A stretch of 41,908 bases of DNA. It comes from a virus (taxonomy: Duplodnaviria; Caudoviricetes). The position numbers and the translations under genes were made by a program. Under the pieces are notes generated by a model. That model was not told where the DNA came from, did not search any database, and saw only the letters and a list, made by a program, of their open reading frames with translations. Positions 1-7,566 of this stretch are shown one piece after another. Location of the stretch: positions 1 through 41,908 of the IMG/VR virus record IMGVR_UViG_3300048852_000023, one strand, 5' to 3'. Every line of letters begins with the position of its first letter. Positions within the stretch are counted from its first letter, which is position 1.

Positions 1-34
1 GCGTCGAATGCATGGAACCTCTCAAAAAGGGGGG

Positions 35-63
35 TTGCACTGCGGCTCCCGGGATTCTAGATG
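35..63 (+). promoter_or_regulatory. Host sigma70-type promoter of the original tRNA-Val gene (TTGCAC-N17-TAGATG)
   Basis: TTGCAC 35-40, 17-nt spacer, TAGATG 58-63, just upstream of the tRNA 5' fragment at 86. Confidence 0.65.
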
Positions 64-84
64 ATCGGCCCGCTTCGGCGGTCC

Positions 85-127
85 CGGGCGCGTAGCTCAG
101 CGGGAGAGCATCGCCTTGACATGGCGG
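85..127 (+). repeat. Left attachment site: 43-bp direct repeat containing the 5' part of tRNA-Val (to the end of the anticodon stem)
   Basis: CGGGCGCGTAGCTCAGCGGGAGAGCATCGCCTTGACATGGCGG is identical to 40350-40392; the sequence diverges after 127; lies next to the integrase. Confidence 0.95.
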
Positions 128-188
128 ACATCTCCCAAGTCAACCCGCTGATATTCCTCCACAATTCGGCCCGTGCATGGGCGGCTTG

Positions 189-1289
189 TCAGCCGCTTGC
201 CCGTTTTGCCTCGGCCACTCCGCCCGCCAGCCATGCCTTCGCCTCCTCGACATAGGCTTCCGGCATGAGGTGCGCGTACCGCGCTGTCATCGCAAGCCCC
301 GACCACCCACCGTCCCGCATCAGCAGCAGCGGGTCCTTGTGCATGGCGTAGTGCCATGAGGCCCAGGTGTGCCGCAGGTCGTGCAGGCGGATCTCCGGCT
401 GCCAGTACCGGTGTGCCTTGTTCGTGGTCTCGACCCAGCGACCTGGCAGCCCGGCCCGGCGGCAAGCAGTCCCGAACGCCGTCGCCACCTGCCCGCCGCC
501 CTCCCGGCCCATGTCCGCGTACCGCTCATGTTGCACCACCTCGCCGCGCCACATGCGGGCCGGCGGCCGGAACACGAAGCCCTCCCGGTGCGGGAGACTG
601 GCCAGCGCCGCCACCACGACCGGCGGAAGGTTCACCAGCCGCCAGTTGCCTTGCTTCTGCCAGACGGTCGCACGGGCGCCGCGCAGGTCCACCTTCTCCC
701 ACGGCAGATCGAAGGCCTCGCTGGCCCGTGTGCCGCAGCCGATCAGGAAGGTGAACAGCACCCGGTGCTCCAAGGCGGTCGCGGCCCGCACCAGCGCGGT
801 CGCCTGATCGGGCAGCAGGAACGCGGTGGCCGGCTTCCCGCCTTGGTCCGGCACCTCGAAGGCAGGGCGCTCACACCACTCGCGCCGCGCCGCGTGCTCC
901 AGGATCGCACAGAGCGGCGTCAGCACCGCGCGCTTGCGGGTTGCGCCGGTGGCGCCGGGGGTGAGGATCGCGATGTATGCGGCGTCAACCGCCACCTGAT
1001 TAATCTCGCGAAGCGGCGTCGTGCCAAAGTGCCTTAGGAGCCGGGCGACGTGACCACCCGTAGTGGCTGAGCGGGGGCCGGCGCGGAGGTAGCTCTTGGC
1101 CGCTTCGGCAAAGGTGACCTGGCCCTTTTCCCCATAGAGCTTGCGGCGGTGGAGATCGTGCTCGAGCTTGGCCCGCGCTTCTTCCGCGATATCGCGGTCG
1201 CCAGTGCCAAGGCTTCGCCTAACGCGCCGACCGGCAACGGTCCCGGTGACGTGCCAGATTTCGCCGACACGGACGAGCTTGAGGGGCAT
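189..1289 (-). CDS. int: Tyrosine recombinase / phage integrase
   Basis: GTRASE (catalytic R), RLHDLRHTWASW (HxxR), GGW...MTARYAH (catalytic Y); start MPLKL at 1289 with GGAG upstream. Confidence 0.95.
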   Translation of the reverse strand: MPLKLVRVGEIWHVTGTVAGRRVRRSLGTGDRDIAEEARAKLEHDLHRRKLYGEKGQVTFAEAAKSYLRAGPRSATTGGHVARLLRHFGTTPLREINQVAVDAAYIAILTPGATGATRKRAVLTPLCAILEHAARREWCERPAFEVPDQGGKPATAFLLPDQATALVRAATALEHRVLFTFLIGCGTRASEAFDLPWEKVDLRGARATVWQKQGNWRLVNLPPVVVAALASLPHREGFVFRPPARMWRGEVVQHERYADMGREGGGQVATAFGTACRRAGLPGRWVETTNKAHRYWQPEIRLHDLRHTWASWHYAMHKDPLLLMRDGGWSGLAMTARYAHLMPEAYVEEAKAWLAGGVAEAKRASG

Positions 1290-1477
1290 GGGGCCATCGT
1301 CTCCAGGAGGCGGCCGAAATCGGCCTCTGTGAACATGATGCGCCGGGCAATGCGCCGATGGGTAGGCTGCCCGGCGTGCTGGGGGTGATCCTGCAAATGG
1401 GTCAGCAGCCATGTCCGACCGCAGCCGAGGCGGCGCATGGCGTCGAGCAGGGTCAGTAGGCGCGCGTCACCGCTCAT
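1034..1477 (-). CDS. Excisionase-like winged-HTH protein with long tail overlapping int
   Basis: LLTLLDAMRRLGCGRTWL...RRIMFTEADF is a Xis/MerR-type pattern; immediately upstream of int. Confidence 0.7.
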   Translation of the reverse strand: MSGDARLLTLLDAMRRLGCGRTWLLTHLQDHPQHAGQPTHRRIARRIMFTEADFGRLLETMAPCPSSSSVSAKSGTSPGPLPVGALGEALALATAISRKKRGPSSSTISTAASSMGKRARSPLPKRPRATSAPAPAQPLRVVTSPGS

Positions 1478-1679
1478 CCGGCGCCTCCTTCTGCCTGCGC
1501 TCCTTCAGCAGCCGCCCGCGGAGGTCGAACCCGCGGTAGGTGTAGCGCCCCCGCAAGTCGGTCAGGCCGAGCCACCAGAGGCGCAGCAGGTCGCGAAGGC
1601 GCCGCACCGGCGCGCCGTCCACCAGCATGGCCCGCAGGTGTGGCGGCAGCCCCGGGGCGTCTCGACGGTCACCGCTCAT
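1467..1679 (-). CDS. Hypothetical protein (70 aa)
   Basis: Start MSGDRR with GGAGG RBS; overlaps both neighbours; flanked by 23-bp direct repeats. Confidence 0.6.
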   Translation of the reverse strand: MSGDRRDAPGLPPHLRAMLVDGAPVRRLRDLLRLWWLGLTDLRGRYTYRGFDLRGRLLKERRQKEAPDER

Positions 1680-1869
1680 CCGGCGCCTCCGGCGGGGCGG
1701 GGAGGGGCATCCAGTGGGTGGGCTGGAAGATGGACGGCGGCGCGGCTTGCCATTGGTCGCTCTCATATGCCCACGCCGTCCTGGCGTGCTTCCACTCGTC
1801 GCACCAGGCCAGCACAGTGGTCCCGTCCCTCGGCGCCGTCTCGATGGGCTGCCAGGTCATCTCGCTCAC
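1669..1869 (-). CDS. DUF551-like phage protein
   Basis: WQPIETAPRDGT...PTHWMPLPAPP signature. Confidence 0.85.
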   Translation of the reverse strand: MSEMTWQPIETAPRDGTTVLAWCDEWKHARTAWAYESDQWQAAPPSIFQPTHWMPLPAPPEAPDER

Positions 1870-2168
1870 CCCTCGCCCTCCCCGGCCAGCGCGCAGAGGA
1901 GGGCGGAGACGCGCTCAAGATCGACGCGCTCGAGCATATCGGCGGCGTCGTCCAGCTCGTTTGCCGATGTGCGCACATCCTCCGCCGTCACCCCCGCCGC
2001 CTGGAGCAGCGCGGCGAGCGCGGCGCGGGCACGACAGCGCCAAGCTTCCCGCTCGGCCTCAGCCCCTTGGAAGGTGGCGTCGTCGAAGGCGCCGTGGCCG
2101 AGGTCAGCATCCATCATGCCCCGCGCCATCGCCTCCACGAGCGCGGTGTGGGAAAGGTCAGCGGGCAT
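1866..2168 (-). CDS. Hypothetical phage protein
   Basis: VEAMARG...WRCRARAAL pattern typical of early phage ORFs; GGAGG RBS; coupled overlap. Confidence 0.65.
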   Translation of the reverse strand: MPADLSHTALVEAMARGMMDADLGHGAFDDATFQGAEAEREAWRCRARAALAALLQAAGVTAEDVRTSANELDDAADMLERVDLERVSALLCALAGEGEG

Positions 2169-2379
2169 CGCCAGTCCTCCACAGCTTGCCCGGATGGGTG
2201 CGGAACCAGTTGTCGTCATAGAGGCCGCGGCCGTGCCGCCCGCCGCCCCGATAGGTCCGGTCGTAGCGGACGGCCACGCCGTCCACTGTCACCGCCTCGA
2301 CCACACCCGGCCCCATGCCGTCGTGCTCGACCCGATCGCCGGGCCGAAAGCACGCAACCGTCGTTTCCTGCTCGCTCAT
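2158..2379 (-). CDS. Small SH3/Tudor-like protein
   Basis: FRPGDRVEHDGMGPGVV resembles CarD/UvrD C-terminal Tudor motif; ATGA-coupled. Confidence 0.55.
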   Translation of the reverse strand: MSEQETTVACFRPGDRVEHDGMGPGVVEAVTVDGVAVRYDRTYRGGGRHGRGLYDDNWFRTHPGKLWRTGDAR

Positions 2380-3113
2380 TCGCCCCGCGCCTCCCCGGCC
2401 TGGGCGGCGGCGATCATGGCGCGCCAAGCGGCCGCGTCATTGGCGCGCTGCTCCGGATCGCGCACCTTTGCCTCGGCCAGCTCCGCGAGGTCTGCCGCCG
2501 AACGGCCATGCCCCTTCACTTGGTTGACGTGCTCATACTGCGCGAGCCAGACCGCCCGCCGGATGGTGTCGTTGTTCTCCACCGGCACCACCGCGCACCC
2601 CATCGCCTCGGCCAGCCGGCGCAGCGCTGCGTCGGTGAGGGTGGGGCCGATGGCGCGGATGGCGTCGGTGATATGGCGCTGCGGGTAGGCGCTCCGCAGC
2701 CAAATTCGGCACGCCTCTGCCGCCTCCTCCAGCGCCACCGCGCGCGCGTCGGCCGCGGCTTGTTCGGCCGCCGCCAGCAGCCCGCGTGCTTCGGTGACGC
2801 GGACATTGGCGTTGGCTTCAGCCGCGTCGGTTCTCTCCTTCGCCTCCTCCAGCGCCACCGCGCGCGCGTCGCGGGCGGCAGTCTCGGCCTTCATGGCGCG
2901 CTGCGCCCACTGCTGCGCCGTCAGCGGCTCGCGCTCAGGACAGCACGACAGGTAGGGCGGCGGCGGCGGCGGGCCAACGCGGCCGCAGCCGGCACAGACC
3001 ACGTTCGCCTCCTTCGCCTCCGCCAGCTCGGCGCGCAGGCGGGCGTTCTCGGCCTCGGCCGCTTGCAGCAGATCCCAGTTATGCGGGTTGTGTGGCCCAG
3101 CTACGAAGGTCAT
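2376..3113 (-). CDS. Coiled-coil protein with Cys cluster (CAGC...SCCP)
   Basis: Ala/Glu/Arg heptads, internal DARAVALEEA duplication; ATGA-coupled at both ends. Confidence 0.65.
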   Translation of the reverse strand: MTFVAGPHNPHNWDLLQAAEAENARLRAELAEAKEANVVCAGCGRVGPPPPPPYLSCCPEREPLTAQQWAQRAMKAETAARDARAVALEEAKERTDAAEANANVRVTEARGLLAAAEQAAADARAVALEEAAEACRIWLRSAYPQRHITDAIRAIGPTLTDAALRRLAEAMGCAVVPVENNDTIRRAVWLAQYEHVNQVKGHGRSAADLAELAEAKVRDPEQRANDAAAWRAMIAAAQAGEARGE

Positions 3114-3487
3114 CCCTCGCTCCCCTGCTGCGCCGCGCGCCAGGCGGCGAGGGCCTTGGTCAAGCCCCTCGATTCCTCTCGGTCGTGCACGCAGATATCG
3201 TCGTCCTCCGGGCCATGCCCTGGGATGGCGCCGAAGGTTGCCTTCAGCAGCCCGGCGGCCTCCACCACCTCCTCCGCCAGCCGCAGCCGCTCGCGGAGGG
3301 TGTCGCGCTCGCGCAGGAGGGCGCACATGGTGGCGGCAGACCGCGACAGGATCAGGTCCATGTCGTGGTCGGGCTGCGCAGGTACATGCATGACGAAGCG
3401 CTCTCCGTCCCGCAGCCGCATCCAGACGCCGTTCGCCAGCCCGGCCAGCGCCAGGACGGCGGGTGTGCTCGTGTCGATCTCGCTCAC
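3110..3487 (-). CDS. Hypothetical phage protein
   Basis: GTG start (MSEIDT) with AGGAG RBS, GTGA-coupled. Confidence 0.65.
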   Translation of the reverse strand: MSEIDTSTPAVLALAGLANGVWMRLRDGERFVMHVPAQPDHDMDLILSRSAATMCALLRERDTLRERLRLAEEVVEAAGLLKATFGAIPGHGPEDDDICVHDREESRGLTKALAAWRAAQQGSEG

Positions 3488-3792
3488 GCCGAGTGCTCCT
3501 TTACGGCAGGGCGCTCGTGCAGCGTTGCCGCGCGCCATTCGTTCCGCCAGTGCGACGCGTCCAGTTTGCCGAACGTGCCGTCCTTCTTCTGGAGCGCGGC
3601 TGCCCAGCGCGGCCCGGCGGATGACACGTAGATTGCGTACACACGCGCTAGCCTGCCGTCCGTGCTCCGGATGATGTCGCCGACCCGGAAAGGAAACGCC
3701 GCCACCAGCGCGGCATCGTAAGCCGCCTTGGCTGCGAGCCACGCCGCATGCGCGGCCTCTACGTCAGCCTTCATCTGCGCGATCTCGCTCAC
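3484..3792 (-). CDS. Hypothetical phage protein (SH3-like, PFRVGD...KKDGT)
   Basis: GTG start (MSEIAQ) with GGAGG RBS; coupled. Confidence 0.65.
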   Translation of the reverse strand: MSEIAQMKADVEAAHAAWLAAKAAYDAALVAAFPFRVGDIIRSTDGRLARVYAIYVSSAGPRWAAALQKKDGTFGKLDASHWRNEWRAATLHERPAVKEHSA

Positions 3793-4172
3793 GCCGCGCC
3801 CTCCACAGAGACGCTGAAGGCGCGCCCGGCGATTGTCACCGTGCCGGAGCCGCTGACGAGCGCCGGCTGCATCAGCTCGACCCACATCAACGCATTGCCG
3901 CCTGTCGCCGCGTCGAACAGGCCAGCGTGCGTCAGCGTGCCGGCGGCGGCGTTGAAGATGAACTGGAGCGGCCCTTCGCTGCGCAGCTCGCCGGATCCGG
4001 TGAACACCACCAGCTGACGGGCGTAGCCGGGGCACGACACGGGCTCGCCGATCAGCCCGTCCACGGGGTTGCCGCCGGTTCCGAGCGCCGCATAGACCGT
4101 AGTGGGCAAGAGCGGCGCTCGCGCGCACAGGGCACGCCCCAGCATGTCGCTGGCGTAGTGCGTGAGGCTCAC
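3789..4172 (-). CDS. Protein resembling a small virion/tail beta-sandwich protein
   Basis: VYAALGT...GYARQLV.F...THAGLFDAATGGNAL matches a widespread siphophage minor tail protein pattern. Confidence 0.65.
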   Translation of the reverse strand: MSLTHYASDMLGRALCARAPLLPTTVYAALGTGGNPVDGLIGEPVSCPGYARQLVVFTGSGELRSEGPLQFIFNAAAGTLTHAGLFDAATGGNALMWVELMQPALVSGSGTVTIAGRAFSVSVEGAA

Positions 4173-4468
4173 GCCGCGCCCTCCGTCTTGGCAGGCACCT
4201 CGGCCGGCTCATAGGTCGCGGCGAAGATGTCGGGCTTGCAGGGATACAGCTCGCCCTTCACGCCCCGGATGATCCAGTCGCCCCGCTCGGCGCGCATCAC
4301 GCCTTCCAGCGTGGAGATCAGCGCAAAGTCCGGGCCGCCCCGGTGACGGCCATCAACGTTGTGCGTCGTCACCTCGTTTGTGGCGTGCTTCTCGGCCCAC
4401 CAATCGGGCCACTCATCGCCCAGGCGGAATGCCTCGATCACCACCGGCTTCTTGCGGAACTTAGCCAT
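4169..4468 (-). CDS. Conserved phage protein of unknown function
   Basis: KFRKKPVVIEA...TLEG...GDWIIRGVKGELYPCKPDIFAATYE family signature. Confidence 0.85.
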   Translation of the reverse strand: MAKFRKKPVVIEAFRLGDEWPDWWAEKHATNEVTTHNVDGRHRGGPDFALISTLEGVMRAERGDWIIRGVKGELYPCKPDIFAATYEPAEVPAKTEGAA

Positions 4469-5375
4469 TGGCCGCGCCCTCCGTCTCGCCGAGCGCGGCG
4501 CGGAACAGGTCCGCCACGCTCTCCACGATGTCCCCGAACCCGCGCTCCCGCAGCGCCTCCATCGCGCCGCGGTTGGCGTCGAGCATCTGCCCGATGGCCT
4601 TCCGCTTGGCGTCCTCGCCCAGCAGCTCGCGCTGCTGCACCGTGGCGATGCGCTTCTGCAGCTCGGCCTCCCAGGCGTCGGGGTCGTGGAAGTCCTCGCA
4701 GCGCCCGTCGCGGGTGCAGATCGGCCACGCCATGCCCTTCCAGGCTGGCGCGGACAGGGGGACATCGAACGGATCGAACGTCTGCAGCCGGGGAGGGGTG
4801 ACATCGATGGTGGCGCCGCGGGCGGGGGGGATGGGATCGGCCGGCGTGTCCTGCGCTTCCTCGGCGGTGATCACGCCGCGCAGCGCGTCGGGGAACACGT
4901 CGCGGATGGCGAAGCCCCGGGCGCGGAGCTGCAGCATCCGATCGGGGTACTGCTGCCACGGGCCGGCCTTGCCCCAGAGCCCGGCCTTCTTCGCGTCGGC
5001 CACAGAGAAGGTCCTGCGCTGCTCGGGCTCGCCGCGGCGCTTCACGATGCAGAAGCCGGCGCGGGTGTCGCCTTCGCCTTCCACGCCCTCGGTGACGCGC
5101 TCGCAGGCAGGGTGGCCGCGCACCAGCGCCAGAGCGGCATCGCCCCAGATGGACGGCCGGCCGTTGATCACGGCGACGTTCTGGATGGCCTGCAGCGGCC
5201 CGAGGCCGACCTCGCGGCCCCACTGCATCGCCACCAGCACGTTGGCTGGCTTCCCCTGATAGTCGCGCGGGACCATGGTGGAGTTGGCGAGCACCTCGGC
5301 GAAGCGCATGGCTTCGGAGAGGGTGGCCGGCTCCAGCGATGCGCGGGCCGGGCCGGTGGTGGTCAGTGCGTTCAT
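4461..5375 (-). CDS. RecT-like ssDNA-annealing recombinase
   Basis: MVPRDYQGKPANVLVAMQWGREVGLGPLQAIQNVAVINGRPSIWG...WQQYPDRML..RA...RDVFPDAL.G. Confidence 0.85.
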   Translation of the reverse strand: MNALTTTGPARASLEPATLSEAMRFAEVLANSTMVPRDYQGKPANVLVAMQWGREVGLGPLQAIQNVAVINGRPSIWGDAALALVRGHPACERVTEGVEGEGDTRAGFCIVKRRGEPEQRRTFSVADAKKAGLWGKAGPWQQYPDRMLQLRARGFAIRDVFPDALRGVITAEEAQDTPADPIPPARGATIDVTPPRLQTFDPFDVPLSAPAWKGMAWPICTRDGRCEDFHDPDAWEAELQKRIATVQQRELLGEDAKRKAIGQMLDANRGAMEALRERGFGDIVESVADLFRAALGETEGAANG

Positions 5376-5857
5376 CACGCGGACTCCTTCATCTTGAGGT
5401 TCGCGAACCGGAGGTGGCTTCCTCCGTTGCTCAGGCGGCATCCCGGCACCTCGCCGCCGGCCTTGAGCGCGGCGGCGATGGCCTTGCGGTCGGGCTCCGG
5501 ATCGCGCTCTCGCATCAGCGTCGGCGGGATCAGCGCCGGGTCGTCGATCACCAGCGCCGGGCCCCGCTCCACCAGCGACATGCTGTGACCTGGCAGGCGG
5601 ATCGCCGCGGCGCCGCTCTCGGACATGACCTCGCAGAGCACGGTGCGGACGTTCGCCGCACGGATCTTGGCCGTCTCCTCCAGCGCCTCCAGTTCCAGGG
5701 CGACGCTGCCCACGGCGGCCAGCGCCTGCACGAGATCCGGCTCGCGCACCGCCCTGTCGGCGGCAGCGCGTAGGCTGGCAGGCAGGGCCATGGTGCCGGC
5801 GATGTCGGCCGCCACAGCGGCGAGGCGCTGGCGGAGTGCGTCGGCGTGCTTGCTCAT
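5375..5857 (-). CDS. Siphovirus Gp157 family protein
   Basis: C-terminal DDPALIP...PDRKAIAAALKAGGEVPGCRLSNG; adjacent to the recombinase. Confidence 0.85.
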   Translation of the reverse strand: MSKHADALRQRLAAVAADIAGTMALPASLRAAADRAVREPDLVQALAAVGSVALELEALEETAKIRAANVRTVLCEVMSESGAAAIRLPGHSMSLVERGPALVIDDPALIPPTLMRERDPEPDRKAIAAALKAGGEVPGCRLSNGGSHLRFANLKMKESA

Positions 5858-6198
5858 TGCCCCACCCCCCGTGCCAGGACGACGGGGGCGCCCTTCGCTG
5901 CGCGCCAAGCGGCGAGGGCGGTTCGGTAGTGACCAGGAGACGCCCCGCCCTGCGCATCCATCTCCGTGTCGTAGGCTGCGACGCCCTCCGCCACCGCCTC
6001 GGCCGCGCGCAGGCGGGCGATCAGGGCGAGGATAGTCGGCGGGTTCGCGGCAGCGATGTAGGCGGCGTCGTTTGGGAGCGCGTCCCACACGACGAGGAGC
6101 TTGTCGGACCAGACCTCGCCTTCGCAGGTGCCCGCATCCCACGGCCCCGGCGTCGCGGCCTTCGCCAGCCGCTCCAGGTCGTCCAGGTCGATGCTCAC
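5854..6198 (-). CDS. Ead/Ea22-like protein
   Basis: LERLAKAATPGPW...NDAAYIAAANPPTILALIARL. Confidence 0.8.
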   Translation of the reverse strand: MSIDLDDLERLAKAATPGPWDAGTCEGEVWSDKLLVVWDALPNDAAYIAAANPPTILALIARLRAAEAVAEGVAAYDTEMDAQGGASPGHYRTALAAWRAAKGAPVVLARGVGQ

Positions 6199-6389
6199 CC
6201 CTCCGCCTCCTTCCTCTCGTCCTGAGCGATCCGCTCGTACTGCGCGGCCATGCGCCGCTCGTCCTCTGCCGCCTCGCGGTCTCCGCCGGCGGCGTGGTGC
6301 TCGGCGCGCTCCCGGCAGTGCCGGGCCATGGCGCGCGCGTTGTGGGCGCTGCTCTGCGCGTCGAGACGCGTCCGGGTGGCGAGGGTCAT
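6195..6389 (-). CDS. Hypothetical helical protein
   Basis: Coupled ORF with GGAGG RBS. Confidence 0.6.
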   Translation of the reverse strand: MTLATRTRLDAQSSAHNARAMARHCRERAEHHAAGGDREAAEDERRMAAQYERIAQDERKEAEG

Positions 6390-6577
6390 CTACGGACCTC
6401 CTCCACGGTAAGCCCATACCGCGACAGGATTCTCGCCTGCTTCTCGGCTTCCTCACGCGTGAAGCGCAGAGCATCCCGCTTCTTGCCGATGACGATCCCG
6501 TCGTGTTCGCTGTCCTGGTAATAGGCGCCGCTTTTATCTCGCAGCACGTAAGTCGCCGCACTTTCTGGCTCGCTCAC
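6386..6577 (-). CDS. Hypothetical protein
   Basis: GTG start MSEPES with GGAGG RBS; coupled. Confidence 0.6.
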   Translation of the reverse strand: MSEPESAATYVLRDKSGAYYQDSEHDGIVIGKKRDALRFTREEAEKQARILSRYGLTVEEVRR

Positions 6578-6801
6578 CGCGCCCCTCCAAACCTGAACAA
6601 CCCATGCTCCTGCGCGGGCCAGCTCGGCGCCCACGGCTGCGGCTCGTCGTCGCCCTCGCACCAGCCGCAGTCGTCGCAGAGCCAGTACGGCTCCACGTCG
6701 CGCACGCGGATGCACTCCAGCCGCGCGCCGCAGTCGTGGGGGCAGGCCGGGCCGGGACGACCTGGCGCGTGGAGGCGCGCGGAGGGGAGGGGGACGCGCA
6801 T
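6574..6801 (-). CDS. Small zinc-ribbon protein
   Basis: CPHDCG...CDDCGW pair; GGAG RBS. Confidence 0.6.
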   Translation of the reverse strand: MRVPLPSARLHAPGRPGPACPHDCGARLECIRVRDVEPYWLCDDCGWCEGDDEPQPWAPSWPAQEHGLFRFGGAR

Positions 6802-6802
6802 G

Positions 6803-7258
6803 TCAAACTCCCTCCACCCGGAACGGCGCGTTGCCGCTCATCTCGCTCGCGCGCTGGCAGGCGGCCTCGACCATCTCCGGCGTGACGGCGTGGCCCGCCC
6901 GGCGCAGCGCGTCTGCCGTGCAGCTCCCGTGCTGGTCGGTGAGGTCGATGATCGCGAGCGCCATGCGGCGGAGCGCGCGGTCATGCGCGATGACGCAGTA
7001 GGACACCGCCCACTGGCGGGCCTGCTCGAACAGGGCGCCCCAGTCCATGCCGCGGAAGCGCTTGGCGGTGGTCCCGTGGCAGATGCCGTCTGGATAAACG
7101 GCGACGGTCGCGTGGCCGTCCGCGTGCGGACCGGCGCTCACATCGGCATAGACTTGCGCAGGCGGTCCAATCATCTCCCGCAGCGCCGCGCAGGCGGCGT
7201 GCATGTCGGCCGGGCTCATGGCAGCCGCCAGCGGCGGCATGGTGGTGGTCTGGCTCAC
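6803..7258 (-). CDS. Hypothetical phage protein
   Basis: 151-aa ORF in the coupled left operon. Confidence 0.7.
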   Translation of the reverse strand: MSQTTTMPPLAAAMSPADMHAACAALREMIGPPAQVYADVSAGPHADGHATVAVYPDGICHGTTAKRFRGMDWGALFEQARQWAVSYCVIAHDRALRRMALAIIDLTDQHGSCTADALRRAGHAVTPEMVEAACQRASEMSGNAPFRVEGV

Positions 7259-7566
7259 AGCGCTGCTCCCATCAGCATGTCGTTGGTCTGCCGCTCATAG
7301 CCAGCATCCGCCGCAGCCCCGTAGCGCCGCTCCGGCGCGCCGTCCTGCCAGCGGTGGCACTCGTCCTGCGCCGCCTCGATCAGCCGCGCCCTAAGCGCCT
7401 GCACGGCGCCGCACTTCCCGTGCGCGTCGGCGGCCAGCGCCTCGATCTCAAGCAGCGTGTCCGCGTCAGGGTGGCCGGACTCGATGGCGATGCGGATGTC
7501 GATGAGCGCCGACCACAGCGACGTGGACGGGCCGGCGGCGGTGAAGTGGCCAAGGCGGAGGGTCAT
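7255..7566 (-). CDS. Hypothetical protein
   Basis: Start MTLRLG with GGAGG RBS; ATGA-coupled. Confidence 0.6.
   Translation of the reverse strand: MTLRLGHFTAAGPSTSLWSALIDIRIAIESGHPDADTLLEIEALAADAHGKCGAVQALRARLIEAAQDECHRWQDGAPERRYGAAADAGYERQTNDMLMGAAL

Noticed and set aside
86-127. Second tRNA-Val gene
   Set aside because: Only the 5' 42 nt are present; no T arm or 3' acceptor strand. It is an att fragment.
1437-3674. 745-aa + strand ORF and other long shadow ORFs (7457-9055, 18198-21191, 30404-32137, 34525-36156)
   Set aside because: They are antisense or off-frame to well-formed genes and Arg/Pro/Ala-rich, as expected from stop-codon scarcity at high GC
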